A stretch of DNA of 64,000 nt. Source: Octopus bimaculoides (lineage: Eukaryota). The notes under the pieces were generated by a model that saw only the letters and a program-made list of their open reading frames with translations, did not search any database and was not told the DNA's origin. Shown here in pieces: positions 52,534 to 64,000 of the stretch. Within the stretch, counting starts at the first letter, position 1, and each line of letters begins with the position of its first letter. The translations under genes and the position numbers were made by a program. The DNA lies in NCBI RefSeq assembly GCF_001194135.2, contig NC_068984.1, positions 80,199,345 to 80,263,344 on the forward strand, in the 5' to 3' direction.

Positions 52534-52903
52534 TATACTGTTGTGTGTGTGTGTGTGTGTGTGTAGTGGGGGATGAATGATAGATGTATAAGAGCAGTGT
52601 AATTTAAAATTAGAATATTTTATATATTAAACTTGAAGTTTTCAAAGCTGCGAGACAATAAAGTATAAGATAAATATTGAAACAGAAAAGAAAAATATAT
52701 ATCTTTGCTAAAAGACAAAATGTTGTTGACTCTGTCTTCCACACAAAAATGTGTTTGAGTCTTTATATAGTTTAAATATCGCACAGTGTGTATACGTAAT
52801 ATATATGTAATAGATTAGTCTGATAGACACAAACGTGTGTGTGTGTGTATAAAATGTATATATAAAAATAGATGCGTACATACATAAAATTATATATATA
52901 CAC

Positions 52904-52962
<59 letters not shown>

Positions 52963-53346
52963 NNNNNNNNNNNNNNNNNNNNNNNNNNNNNNNNNNNNNN
53001 NNNNNNNNNNNNNNNNNNNNNNNNNNNNNNNNNNNNNNNNNNNNNNNNNNNNNNNNNNNNNNNNNNNNNNNNNNNNNNNNNNNNNNNNNNNNNNNNNNNN
53101 NNNNNNNNNNNNNNNNNNNNNNNNNNNNNNNNNNNNNNNNNNNNNNNNNNNNNNNNNNNNNNNNNNNNNNNNNNNNNNNNNNNNNNNNNNNNNNNNNNNN
53201 NNNNNNNNNNNNNNNNNNNNNNNNNNNNNNNNNNNNNNNNNNNNNNNNNNNNNNNNNNNNNNNNNNNNNNNNNNNNNNNNNNNNNNNNNNNNNNNNNNNN
53301 NNNNNNNNNNNNNNNNNNNNNNNNNNNNNNNNNNNNNNNNNNNNNN

Positions 53347-53407
<61 letters not shown>

Positions 53408-54850
53408 ATAGATGAGATCAAGAGAATTTCAATATAGAAAATACTTAGTAATACTCAAAAGATTTGAATTTACACTCCAAAATATTTACTGAGGATCAAA
53501 TCAGAAGAGTATAAAGGGAATCCAAGTGCACAGATATGGAAACAGTTATGCAAGTAAACATATAAAACTCCTTGAAGAAGGAGGCATGGTTTTTTCCACT
53601 GTTTGCTTGCTTCTGTTACTGGTTGCAAATTTTTGGTGAACTACATCTGCCAACATTATGAAGAAACTCTGAGCACCCAGAAACAGGTGTTGGACATGTA
53701 ACACCATTCCCTCTCCCCTCTATTACTTTGAGTCTATTTAATGTGAGTAAATATATATATATATATATATATACTAGACTACCTATGACCCATTAGGTCA
53801 CCAATAATTCAAGGTACTGGGAAAGTCTGAGTTTCTCATCAATGGAGTTGTGTTTGATGGGTTTATTTTTTCTACATTATTTCGCATGCTTTCAACAAAT
53901 GTCACATCGAAATCATGTGTAAATGGCTCCTCCCAGAAAAGGAAAGATTTGGCTGCTATTTCTTGCATGCCCTACTACCACGTAAGAGGTATTTCAGGTC
54001 CTTTATTGCAAATATTTGTTACATGGTAGCAGGGCGTGCTAGAAACAGAAGCAAAATCTTTAGAGGTGATCTACATTGAATGCACTCGAAAGAAACCTAT
54101 GGTAACTTATGAAGAAAAAACTATTTCACACTGAGGTAACGAACGGGTCTTTTTTGAAATATTTACCATATTTTTAAAGTCATTTTCACTTTAAAATAGT
54201 TGACCCATTATAATGTGTCTAGTGGAAAGGTCAGAGTTTCTTTCCTTTCAGGGTTAAGTTAATTTTAGTGTATTTTCCCATTATACATCGTTTTGGTTCT
54301 TTATACCCCCCCCCCAAAAAAAAACCACCAAATATCTCAATGACCACTGATCTGATTTATATAAAACTTGTTTTATTCTGTTTGTATTTACGTTTTAGGG
54401 GCCTTTATTTCAAAGTATTTTCTCATTATGTGCTAGTTTGGCTGTGTAACATTGCAAGCAAGATTAAAGTTCATTTTTAATGTAATATATATATATATAT
54501 ACCTGAATGTTAATCATCTGAAAATTTTCAGTCTTTGCTTTTATCTGTTTACATGTATACATATTCTGTATATTCCCAAAGAATTTTAACTGTTTATTTG
54601 CATCATTGTCTCTATCTCCCCCCTCTCTCTCTGTTTCACCCTCTTTCCTCTGGTCATTTCATCATGTTGAACTATTAATCCATACACATTGTTCGTGTTT
54701 TCTCTCTACTTTCTTCCTCATAATCGTATCTGTTAAAGTGAATAGGCTCAAAATGTCAAAAACTTTCCCATTCTTTCCAAGTGTCAAACTAATACGCCTG
54801 CTTATTGTTCCCTCACCTGTCTTTGTATTTTTCTGTAAATTTGAACTATA

Positions 54851-56216
54851 CACTCTACAACTCAGAACCCATCCAAATACTTAAACCTAGTATTAGGTAC
54901 CAACTTATAGTTATGATCAGTAGCGTAAGATACATCAAATTAGCTTTAGAATACACTTTAATCATCTCAATGTTATACAAATTGAAACATATAACTACCT
55001 TTACTTTAAGTATTCATCGATAACATGAGCAGTCTTTTACAAGTTTTCATAACATTTTTTAAGTAATACATAACTTTCGTATTCGGTATAGTTATTATTC
55101 TGTGTAAATCTGAGAGTTTAAAGTATTTTAGTATTATTAGTCTTCAATAAACTTTTTATTTGAGGTAGGTTTTTCTTTTTCGATGTTTTCGTTATTATTT
55201 TAGTAATTATAATATGTATTTACCTCTGGTAATGGATGCCATGTTTATCACGTGACTTTTCAGTATTAATTTTCATAGCATTATTTACGTAATATAGAAT
55301 GTTCGTATGTGTATAGTTATTACTCTGCGTTAATTTGCAAGTTTAAGTATTTTAGTATCTTTAATCCCCAAGAAACTTTTTATTTTAGGTAGATTTTCTT
55401 TTTCGATATTTTCGTTATTATTTTAGAAATTATAATACGCATGTACTTCTGGGTAATAGACGCCATATTTATCACGTGACCTTTTAGTATAAATTCTATA
55501 ACACAGCTATTTTGATTTAGTCTACAGTTACCCACCGGCAGATAAGTCATGTTTTCTTATTTTAATTTTAATTTTATAAACTATGTTGACATCCATCTTT
55601 TAGTAACTTTATACACTAACACATTGTTTTACTATTATCTACTTATTCCATAATGTTTTAACCTTGTTTACTATAATACACGTCTTCAATATTTTTAGAT
55701 TGTAACTCTTAATAATTATATTAGTACCGTTAATGTAGGGATTAATTTACAGATTTTGTCTCTTTATATATATATATATATATATCTTTATTTCTCATGT
55801 TTATGTTTATTCCTTGAATGATTATAGGTATTTTCTTAGGGATTTGACCAGAAGAGTGACTGATTTTCAGAGTAAAACCATTTCCCCGTTCTAATGAACT
55901 CGGTTAGAATTTGCTTATGATTTTATATAGTCCTATTTCAGCCATGAAACGCGTGTAGTCTATATACTAGCAATAACTTTTTACATCTATACTTCTATAC
56001 TGTATATTATCGTATCAATTTTTACTGTCCAATTTATAATTTTAAATTAAAATTTTTATTTTTTAAATTAATGTTTCTATGACTTATTTATATGACTTAT
56101 ATGATTTATTTATGTAATATATTATTTAATTAAAATTTTTAGATTAAAATCTTAGATATATTAAGATGGTATATGCCTCACAGTATGGATTTGGACGGGT
56201 TCTGAGTTGTAGAGTG
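54851..56216. mobile_element. Putative non-autonomous DNA transposon with about 27-bp CAC-ended TIRs
   Basis: CACTCTACAACTCAGAACCCATCCAAAT versus ATTTGGACGGGTTCTGAGTTGTAGAGTG (1 mismatch); internal tandem duplication of about 224 bp; no TSD seen. Confidence 0.6.
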
Positions 56217-56336
56217 GTGGATCGTCTCTAAATTAGTAATATACATATATATTATATATTAGGAAACCCGATGTAATATTATGCCGATTTTTGCCTGTAA
56301 GGTTGGAATAAATTTTTTATTCCCTAATATTATTAT

Positions 56337-56375
<39 letters not shown>

Positions 56376-56783
56376 GTAGTAGGATCAGTCAGATGACTGT
56401 GATAAAAGCTGTTGGTTAGTCTCTAGCATAAACAAGGCTTGTATAGAAAATATTAATGACTCAATAATATATATATATATATATATATGTCATATGCATG
56501 TTTAAATGTACAACAAATACTGTATGAGTTAGAGTTCTATGTAGATTAACATTATATGGTCAGCTTCTTGTATAGTGGTTAGTCTACCACTGTACTAAGT
56601 AATATTACTATTCATGATATACACAGGATAAAAACAAAGCCGAGTTGCAAATAACTGCAATGGTGTAATGTATGTAGGGACTAATAATTTATAATTGTGG
56701 TTATCTTAATTTTCCCCAGATATAATATACATATATTTGTGTGTGTGTATCCTCATCATCATCACCATCATCGTTTAATGTCA

Positions 56784-56819
<36 letters not shown>

Positions 56820-57724
56820 NNNNNNNNNNNNNNNNNNNNNNNNNNNNNNNNNNNNNNNNNNNNNNNNNNNNNNNNNNNNNNNNNNNNNNNNNNNNNNNNN
56901 NNNNNNNNNNNNNNNNNNNNNNNNNNNNNNNNNNNNNNNNNNNNNNNNNNNNNNNNNNNNNNNNNNNNNNNNNNNNNNNNNNNNNNNNNNNNNNNNNNNN
57001 NNNNNNNNNNNNNNNNNNNNNNNNNNNNNNNNNNNNNNNNNNNNNNNNNNNNNNNNNNNNNNNNNNNNNNNNNNNNNNNNNNNNNNNNNNNNNNNNNNNN
57101 NNNNNNNNNNNNNNNNNNNNNNNNNNNNNNNNNNNNNNNNNNNNNNNNNNNNNNNNNNNNNNNNNNNNNNNNNNNNNNNNNNNNNNNNNNNNNNNNNNNN
57201 NNNNNNNNNNNNNNNNNNNNNNNNNNNNNNNNNNNNNNNNNNNNNNNNNNNNNNNNNNNNNNNNNNNNNNNNNNNNNNNNNNNNNNNNNNNNNNNNNNNN
57301 NNNNNNNNNNNNNNNNNNNNNNNNNNNNNNNNNNNNNNNNNNNNNNNNNNNNNNNNNNNNNNNNNNNNNNNNNNNNNNNNNNNNNNNNNNNNNNNNNNNN
57401 NNNNNNNNNNNNNNNNNNNNNNNNNNNNNNNNNNNNNNNNNNNNNNNNNNNNNNNNNNNNNNNNNNNNNNNNNNNNNNNNNNNNNNNNNNNNNNNNNNNN
57501 NNNNNNNNNNNNNNNNNNNNNNNNNNNNNNNNNNNNNNNNNNNNNNNNNNNNNNNNNNNNNNNNNNNNNNNNNNNNNNNNNNNNNNNNNNNNNNNNNNNN
57601 NNNNNNNNNNNNNNNNNNNNNNNNNNNNNNNNNNNNNNNNNNNNNNNNNNNNNNNNNNNNNNNNNNNNNNNNNNNNNNNNNNNNNNNNNNNNNNNNNNNN
57701 NNNNNNNNNNNNNNNNNNNNNNNN

Positions 57725-58070
57725 TCTTATGTGCCACCCGCACAAGAGCCAGTCCAGGGGCACTGGCTACGATCTCACTTGGCTTGCCGGGTCTTCTCAC
57801 GCACAGCACATTTCCAAAGGTCTCGGTCAGTAGTCATCGCCTCGGTGAGGCCCAATGTTCGAAGGTCTTGCCTCACCACCTCAGCCCAGGTCTTCCTGGG
57901 CCTACCTCTTCCGCGGGTTCCCTCAACTGTTAGGGAGTGGCACTTTTTCACGCAGCTATCCTCATTCATTCTCACCACATGTCCAAACCAGCGCAATCGT
58001 CTCTCTTGCACACCACTACTGACGCTTCTTATGTTCAGCTTTTCTCTCAAGATACTTACACTCTGACGGG
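57725..58070 (-). mobile_element. RTE LINE 3' end, young copy
   Basis: VQERRLRWFGHVVRMNEDSCVKKCHSLTVEGTRGRGRPRKTWAEVVRQDLRTLGL...WKCAVREKTRQAK*. Confidence 0.9.
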
Positions 58071-58838
58071 TATGCACATATATATATAATAGTATGTTTA
58101 TGGTTATCAGTTTGATAGTCATGGAACTTATTCATTTCTTTGTCTGATAGGGTTTCTCATATGTACTAGAAATCTTAGAAGTATAGGATTACTTGGATAA
58201 ACGCTTTGTTTTTGAGCTTCATTATTGGACTTGAATAAATATCTTATGAAACTCATTATACCATATATACACACACACATACAAACGCATGCACACACGT
58301 ACACACACGAAATTTGGCTTTGGCTTCAGTTCCACAGCACAACACCTTGAACAAGTGTCTTCTGTGACAGCCTCAAGCAAACCAATGCTTTAAGAGGGAA
58401 TTTTGTTGATGGAAACTTTGTAGAGACTCATGTATATAAGTATGTGTGTGAGTGAGTGTGAGAGAGAGAAGGAATATTTGTGTTTGTTCTGCTACCAAAT
58501 TGACAATGTTTGCTGGTTTGTTTGCAGCTCTGTGACTTAGTGATTCAGCAGAGTCAGAATCGAAATACATATCAGTGATCTGCAGAAAAATGTCATCCTG
58601 TGTTCTGCAAACATTCTAAGAAATTTTGGGGACAAGGAGTAAGCTGATTACATTAACCCCAGTGCTTAACTGGCACTTAGTTTATTGACCCCGAAAAGGA
58701 TGAAAGGCAAAGTTGATGTCAATAACATTTGAACTCAGGTCATAAAGATGGACAAAATGCTGCTAAGCATTGTGCCCTGCATGCTAACAATTCTACCAGC
58801 TCACCACCTTCAATAATAATAATAATGATAATAATAAG

Positions 58839-59114
58839 ATGTGGAATCTAAAAACGGAAACAATTCCTATCATAGTAGGTGCCTTAGGTATAATAAAAAA
58901 ATATTCAGACAAATACATAACAAAAACACCAGGACTTACAAATATATACAACATACAGAAAATTGCACTACTGGGCACTGCACACATCCTACGCAAAACA
59001 CTTTCAATACAGTAACCATAAGAGCATCTCAGCAAACCACAGCACATATCCAAGGCACACAGAGCTGCACTCGGTAGTGAAGTGAAAGCACGTTATAAAA
59101 ATAAAACTACTGAA
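58839..59114 (+). mobile_element. 5'-truncated R4/Dong-type element in (AAT)n
   Basis: Open frame MWNLKTETIPIIVGALGIIKKYSDKYITKTPGLTNIYNIQKIALLGTAHILRKTLSIQ* plus 3' UTR; almost identical to the 13801-14370 copy. Confidence 0.9.
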
Positions 59115-59371
59115 CAATGATAATAATAATAATCCTTTCAATTATAGGTGCAAAACCTGAAGTTTTGTGAGGAGCTGCTAGTTGGTTACACTGACTTCAG
59201 TTCTCAACTGGTACTTATTTTACTGACCCAGAAAGGGTGAAATGCAAAGTCAACGTGGCAGCATTTAAACTCAGAACATAAAGAGCCAAAAGAAATGTCG
59301 AGTGTGCTAAGAATTTTGCCAGATCTCTGCTTTGAGGATGATGATGATGAGAATAAAGGATGACAAGCAAA

Positions 59372-59540
59372 TATGAGGTGGTATCAAAAAGGTCCCGGAC
59401 TAGTTCTGTAGTGCACCAACAGATGGCAGCACAGGGTTGCATGTGCAGTGAGAGCTAGCAGTAACCTTCATGAGGCAGTGTGCTGAGTGGCATTGCTGTG
59501 TTTATTTCGCAATTAAGTGAAATTTGTGTTTTTGTGATCA
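59372..59540 (+). mobile_element. Mariner-type element end (non-coding)
   Basis: 'tatgaggtggtatcaaaaaggtcccggactag...caacagatggcagcac' resembles mariner TIR and subterminal motifs. Confidence 0.55.
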
Positions 59541-59569
59541 TGTGTATGTTGTAGTCTCCATCCATGTAT

Positions 59570-59790
59570 ATCACTCTCCATACCACCGATGTTATCCAAA
59601 GTAAAAATCAAAGGCCGATACAGCTTCGCACCAATGATGTCGTACTTCATTTCTACAGCTGAGTGAACTGGAACAATGTGAAGTAAAGTGTCTTGCTCAA
59701 GAACACAACACACAGCCTGGTCCAGGAATCAAACTCACTACCGCATGATTGTGAGCCCAACGCTCTAACCACTGAGCTATGTGCCTTCAC
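59570..59790 (-). mobile_element. tRNA-headed SINE of a different family
   Basis: Minus strand GGCACATAGCTCAGTGGTTAGAGCG...GAGTTTGATTCC (A/B boxes), then 'tgtgttcttgagcaagacacttta'; related copy near 33870-34010. Confidence 0.75.
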
Positions 59791-60803
59791 AATGATGATG
59801 ATAGTGATTTAGGTATAAGTCCAGCACTTTTGAGGTGGTGATTAGTTGATTCCATTAGACCCTGTGCTTGACTGGTACTTTATTGATTCTCAAAAGAGTG
59901 AAAGGCAAAATTGACTGGTTAGATTTGAACTCGCAACATAAAAGTTCAGATGAAATACTACAATGCAGTTTATTCAATGCTTTAAAGATTCTGCCAGCTC
60001 ACTGCACTTATATAATAATAGCAACAACATCCAGGGTGCACAAAGCTGCTATCAATTGTGCAATGTAAGCACACTAATAATAAAACAGCTAAAATAATGA
60101 TGATGATGATAACACGTATCTAAGGTGCACAAAGCTACTCTGAGTTGTACGGTGCAAGCACACAATACTAAGACAACTGATGTAATAGCTGAAATAACAA
60201 CAACAATAATAAAAATAGTAATGATGATGATGAAAACTGTCCTTTCCATAACTGAAGTTTCCATCATCTGTAATTTTCAGCAACAATTAAAGAACAATAA
60301 GACCAGGTCCGTTATTCAAGCGAATAATGAGTAAACATTTTGTTGAGATGGAGAATGCCTTTAATTATTGCCAATCAGGATAAACGCAATTCAATAGAAA
60401 TCACCCAAAATGAGATTATTGATTCCATTTAGCAATTCATACAGCTTCCCGTCTTTCAATATTAAAATATGAGAGGTGGAGTTGACCAGAAACAGCATCT
60501 ATTTACAGAATATCTATAGAATCCACTTGTCTTCTTATTCATAGTTTTTCTCTCCCACTCTCTCCTTCCCTCTCACTCTCTCTCTGCATTCCTCCCTCTT
60601 TCTCTCTCTCTCTATCTATCTATCTCCCTATTATTTCTCAGTGTATGCAAGTGCATAGGCAGTTACATTTGCAAACACATGAATAATTATACATTTGCAC
60701 ACACATATTGCCACCTCAGATACTTACCACCCCATCTCTCTCTCTAATTCAGTGACTCATACTTGTGTGTGTGTGCATATGAATACACATCTGCACATGT
60801 ACA

Positions 60804-61230
60804 TAAGGTAGTACCGAAAGTAATGCAAAAGTAGACATAATTTTTTTATAAACTAACGTAATCATTCAAATTGCACATGTTTGGTACACTAACTCTTCCT
60901 CTATAGTATATATTATTGCTTGTAGGCAAATAATAAGCTCTTAGTAGTGCGAATGTACCTTCAATTAGTTTTTGATGAAAGATGGTTGCCAGCTGTCCAA
61001 TATTCTCAGAAAGCTACAGGTTGTTTATGGAGATGACATCATTGACAAAAGCAACGTGTACATATGGAAGAAGTTTGAACATGGGGAAAACAGCATTGAA
61101 GACAAACCAGACACTGTAGAGACTATAAACTGCAACAACTGACATGATTCACCAGCAAGTGGACAAAATGATTCAAGTGGATGGACGTACTATAATCTTT
61201 GAGATTGTAATGTATTTTGACTGCAATAGT
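60804..61230 (+). pseudogene. Mariner transposase N-terminal (HTH) relic with left end
   Basis: FLMKDGCQLSNILRKLQVVYGDDIIDKSNVY.W.KKFEHG..SIEDKP...VDKMIQVD.R; TIR-like 'aggtagtaccgaaagtaatgc'. Confidence 0.75.
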
Positions 61231-62842
61231 AAAATAACTCAAATGAAGACACAAATATACAAATATGAATGTTTAAATAAACACAAAGAAATGAAGACAA
61301 AATAATAGTAATAGCATTGAGATTTCAGCCAATGAGAAGACAAACCACACAATTCTAAGACAGCAGTAAAAATGTTTATCTATCTTTTTATTTCAAAGAG
61401 CAAGACAATATGGTAGATTAATAAATATCACTTGAAGAGTCATATTATGGAGAAGCTATAGTTGCAATATAATGGAAAAATAAATTTAATTAAAACATAG
61501 GACAAGACAACATTTAGAGCATTTATGACATGAAAAGAAAAATGCACTTAGTATGCTCTGTAAGGTAATTGGTATTAGGGTTGACATCCTGTTATAAAAG
61601 GTTCAGGCAAAACTGAGACACTGGAGCAAGAGGTTGTCCTTTGACTTGCCAAATCTTGTCTCACTGTACAACCCATGCCAACATGGAAAGCAGGTGTAAA
61701 ATGATGGTGATAATATCTAAAGAAAATGTAATGTCACCTGTGACATATTTTAACTTCCAAAGGCAATTTCACAGCAGTTTACCATGAAGAAGAAATACTT
61801 GCTTATGGTAATAAAAGCATCCTTATCAGCTCAGTGGTGCCCTCTCTTCAATTCTTAGACATAAGCACAAATATAGCTGTGTGATTTTAGGTCAAGTCTT
61901 TCGGAAAGTGTCTTCTGTAATAGTCTTGGGCCAATCAAAACCATGTGAGTGGATTTAGTAGGCAGAAACTGAAGGAAGATCATTGTATATGTGCATGCAC
62001 ATGAGTGTGTGTGTATTTGCATCAGTCTCAAATATGCAATGTTTCTCACTTCCGGTCTTCTATGAAAATGTGTCCAGCAGTAGAGAAAATATTACTTTGC
62101 TTGGAAACAGGTGATGGTCAATGACAGGAAGGGCATCAGGTTGTAAAAGAAAAATCTGCTTCAATGTCTTCCATCTGACCCATGCAGGCATGGATAAGTG
62201 GAGATTAAAAACAGTGACGATGACAATGATAATAACATATAAACATTGCATTTTGTGAGACAAAATTTTAAATATATTTCGATGGATTCTCATCACTATG
62301 CGCAGAACAAAAGCAATTTCTTTAAAAAAATTCACTCTTCATTTGAAAAATGTACACATTTGGAATGTTTCATGTTCAAACCAGTTTTCTTCAACAAATT
62401 GTTAGGTGATTCTGAACACCACCAAACTTGCCAAATAAAAAAAAGGACATTTAACTTCTTACACACATAACATGTTTATATCACATTATGCATACAGTAC
62501 TGTTTTATTTCATTATAGTTGAGATGATAGCAATAATGATAAGGATATATTTATATGATACATACCAACTAGGTGTTTAATATAAAATATACAATATAGA
62601 TATTTATGGAGTATAATATTTGAAAAAATATGTATATGAAATATGATGCCTGTGTTTCCAAGGGAAAAGTATTGAAATCCTTTTTATGGATTTTTTGACA
62701 TACATACATGCATAAATGTGTGTGTGTAATATATATATTTATATATATATACATATATATGCATGCATATATTATGTGTGTCTATATCATCATCATCGTT
62801 TAATTTCCGCCTTCCATGCTAGCACACACACACATGCACACG

Positions 62843-62918
<76 letters not shown>

Positions 62919-63379
62919 ATACAACATATATTTTAAGATGGATCAGGTTCTGAAAATTGTCCCACATAATAAAAAGATAACATAATATATTTCAAGTACT
63001 ACAAAGTCTTTCATATTACATAATATTGCAATTGTTGCAAAAAAACAAGAAAAAAGAATCTATCAAGTGGACACATAAACCTCTTGCCTTCCTTTTTTTT
63101 TATAGTCACTCAATACCGGTCACTTTACCTTCATTGCTGTTTTATAGTCAAGCTTATATGAAATATAGCTGCCATTATATATTTTATAATAGATCCTCTT
63201 TCATTTATCTTTCTGATTGTTATAATCTTATCTGATCATTGCTGTTTAGACTAACAACACAATAAGTGTTGCATTACAGACATAAATCAACATTATTTGC
63301 CTCAAAGCCATTGTGAGAGTAAGAGTGAAAATAAAGATGAGTATACTTTGAAATTAAAAAAAAATAATTGTGCAATCTC

Positions 63380-63545
<166 letters not shown>

Positions 63546-63757
63546 ACAAACGAAGTCTCTCTATTTTAATTTCTAAGTCTCTCATTCTCATACATGATTC
63601 TTCTATTAATATTTGTCCTATTACCATAAAATGCAATATTATGGTACACGGGTATGGCTGTGTGATTAAGATATTTGTTTCCCAACTAAGTGGTTTAGAG
63701 AGTTCAGTCCCACTGCAAGGCATAAGCTGGATTAGGTAGACAGAAATTGAAAGAAGC

Positions 63758-63792
<35 letters not shown>

Positions 63793-63794
<2 letters not shown>

Positions 63795-64000
63795 TCATCA
63801 TCATCATCGTTTAACGTCCGCTTTCTATGCTAGCATGGGTTGGACGATTTGACTGAGGACTGGTGAAACCGGATGGCAACACCAGGCTCCAGTCTAAATT
63901 TGGCAGAGTTTCTACAGCTGGATGCCCTTCCTAACGCCAACCACTCAGAGAGTGTAGTGGGTGCTTTTACGTGTCACCCGCACGAAAACGGCCACGCTCG
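63793..64000 (-). mobile_element. Family C repeat, young subfamily, truncated by the window end
   Basis: (CAT)n-cgtttaacgtccgc...; near identical to 33481-33640. Confidence 0.85.

Noticed and set aside
54900-56300. Possible mitochondrial insertion (NUMT) or control region
   Set aside because: No mitochondrial gene, rRNA or tRNA motif recognised; terminal inverted repeats explain it better
59720-59790. tRNA gene (also the heads of family A and B copies)
   Set aside because: A/B boxes are present but there is no complete cloverleaf, and the sequence continues into SINE body

Overview
AT-rich, repeat-dense eukaryotic scaffold segment with 16 N-gaps, most abutting microsatellites. The SINE families look like those I recall from Octopus (coleoid cephalopod) assemblies; this is an unverified inference. 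No host gene could be named, and there is no rRNA, true tRNA gene or CRISPR array. Recognisable content: dozens of SINE or LINE-tail copies; RTE LINE fragments; R4/Dong-type restriction-like-endonuclease (REL) retrotransposon fragments sitting in (AAT)n; a Penelope-like RT/GIY-YIG fragment; hammerhead-ribozyme-like motifs; a decayed hAT (Buster/ZBED5-like) transposase; mariner and Ty3/Gypsy integrase relics; a Helitron-type non-autonomous element; and several long inverted-repeat elements. A few splice-site-bounded open frames may be exons of unidentified genes. Nothing here demonstrates a new biological system. The best leads are the hammerhead-bearing hairpin elements, the microsatellite-targeted R4 family, the unclassified inverted-repeat elements and the candidate membrane-protein exons. 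Repeat boundaries are approximate.
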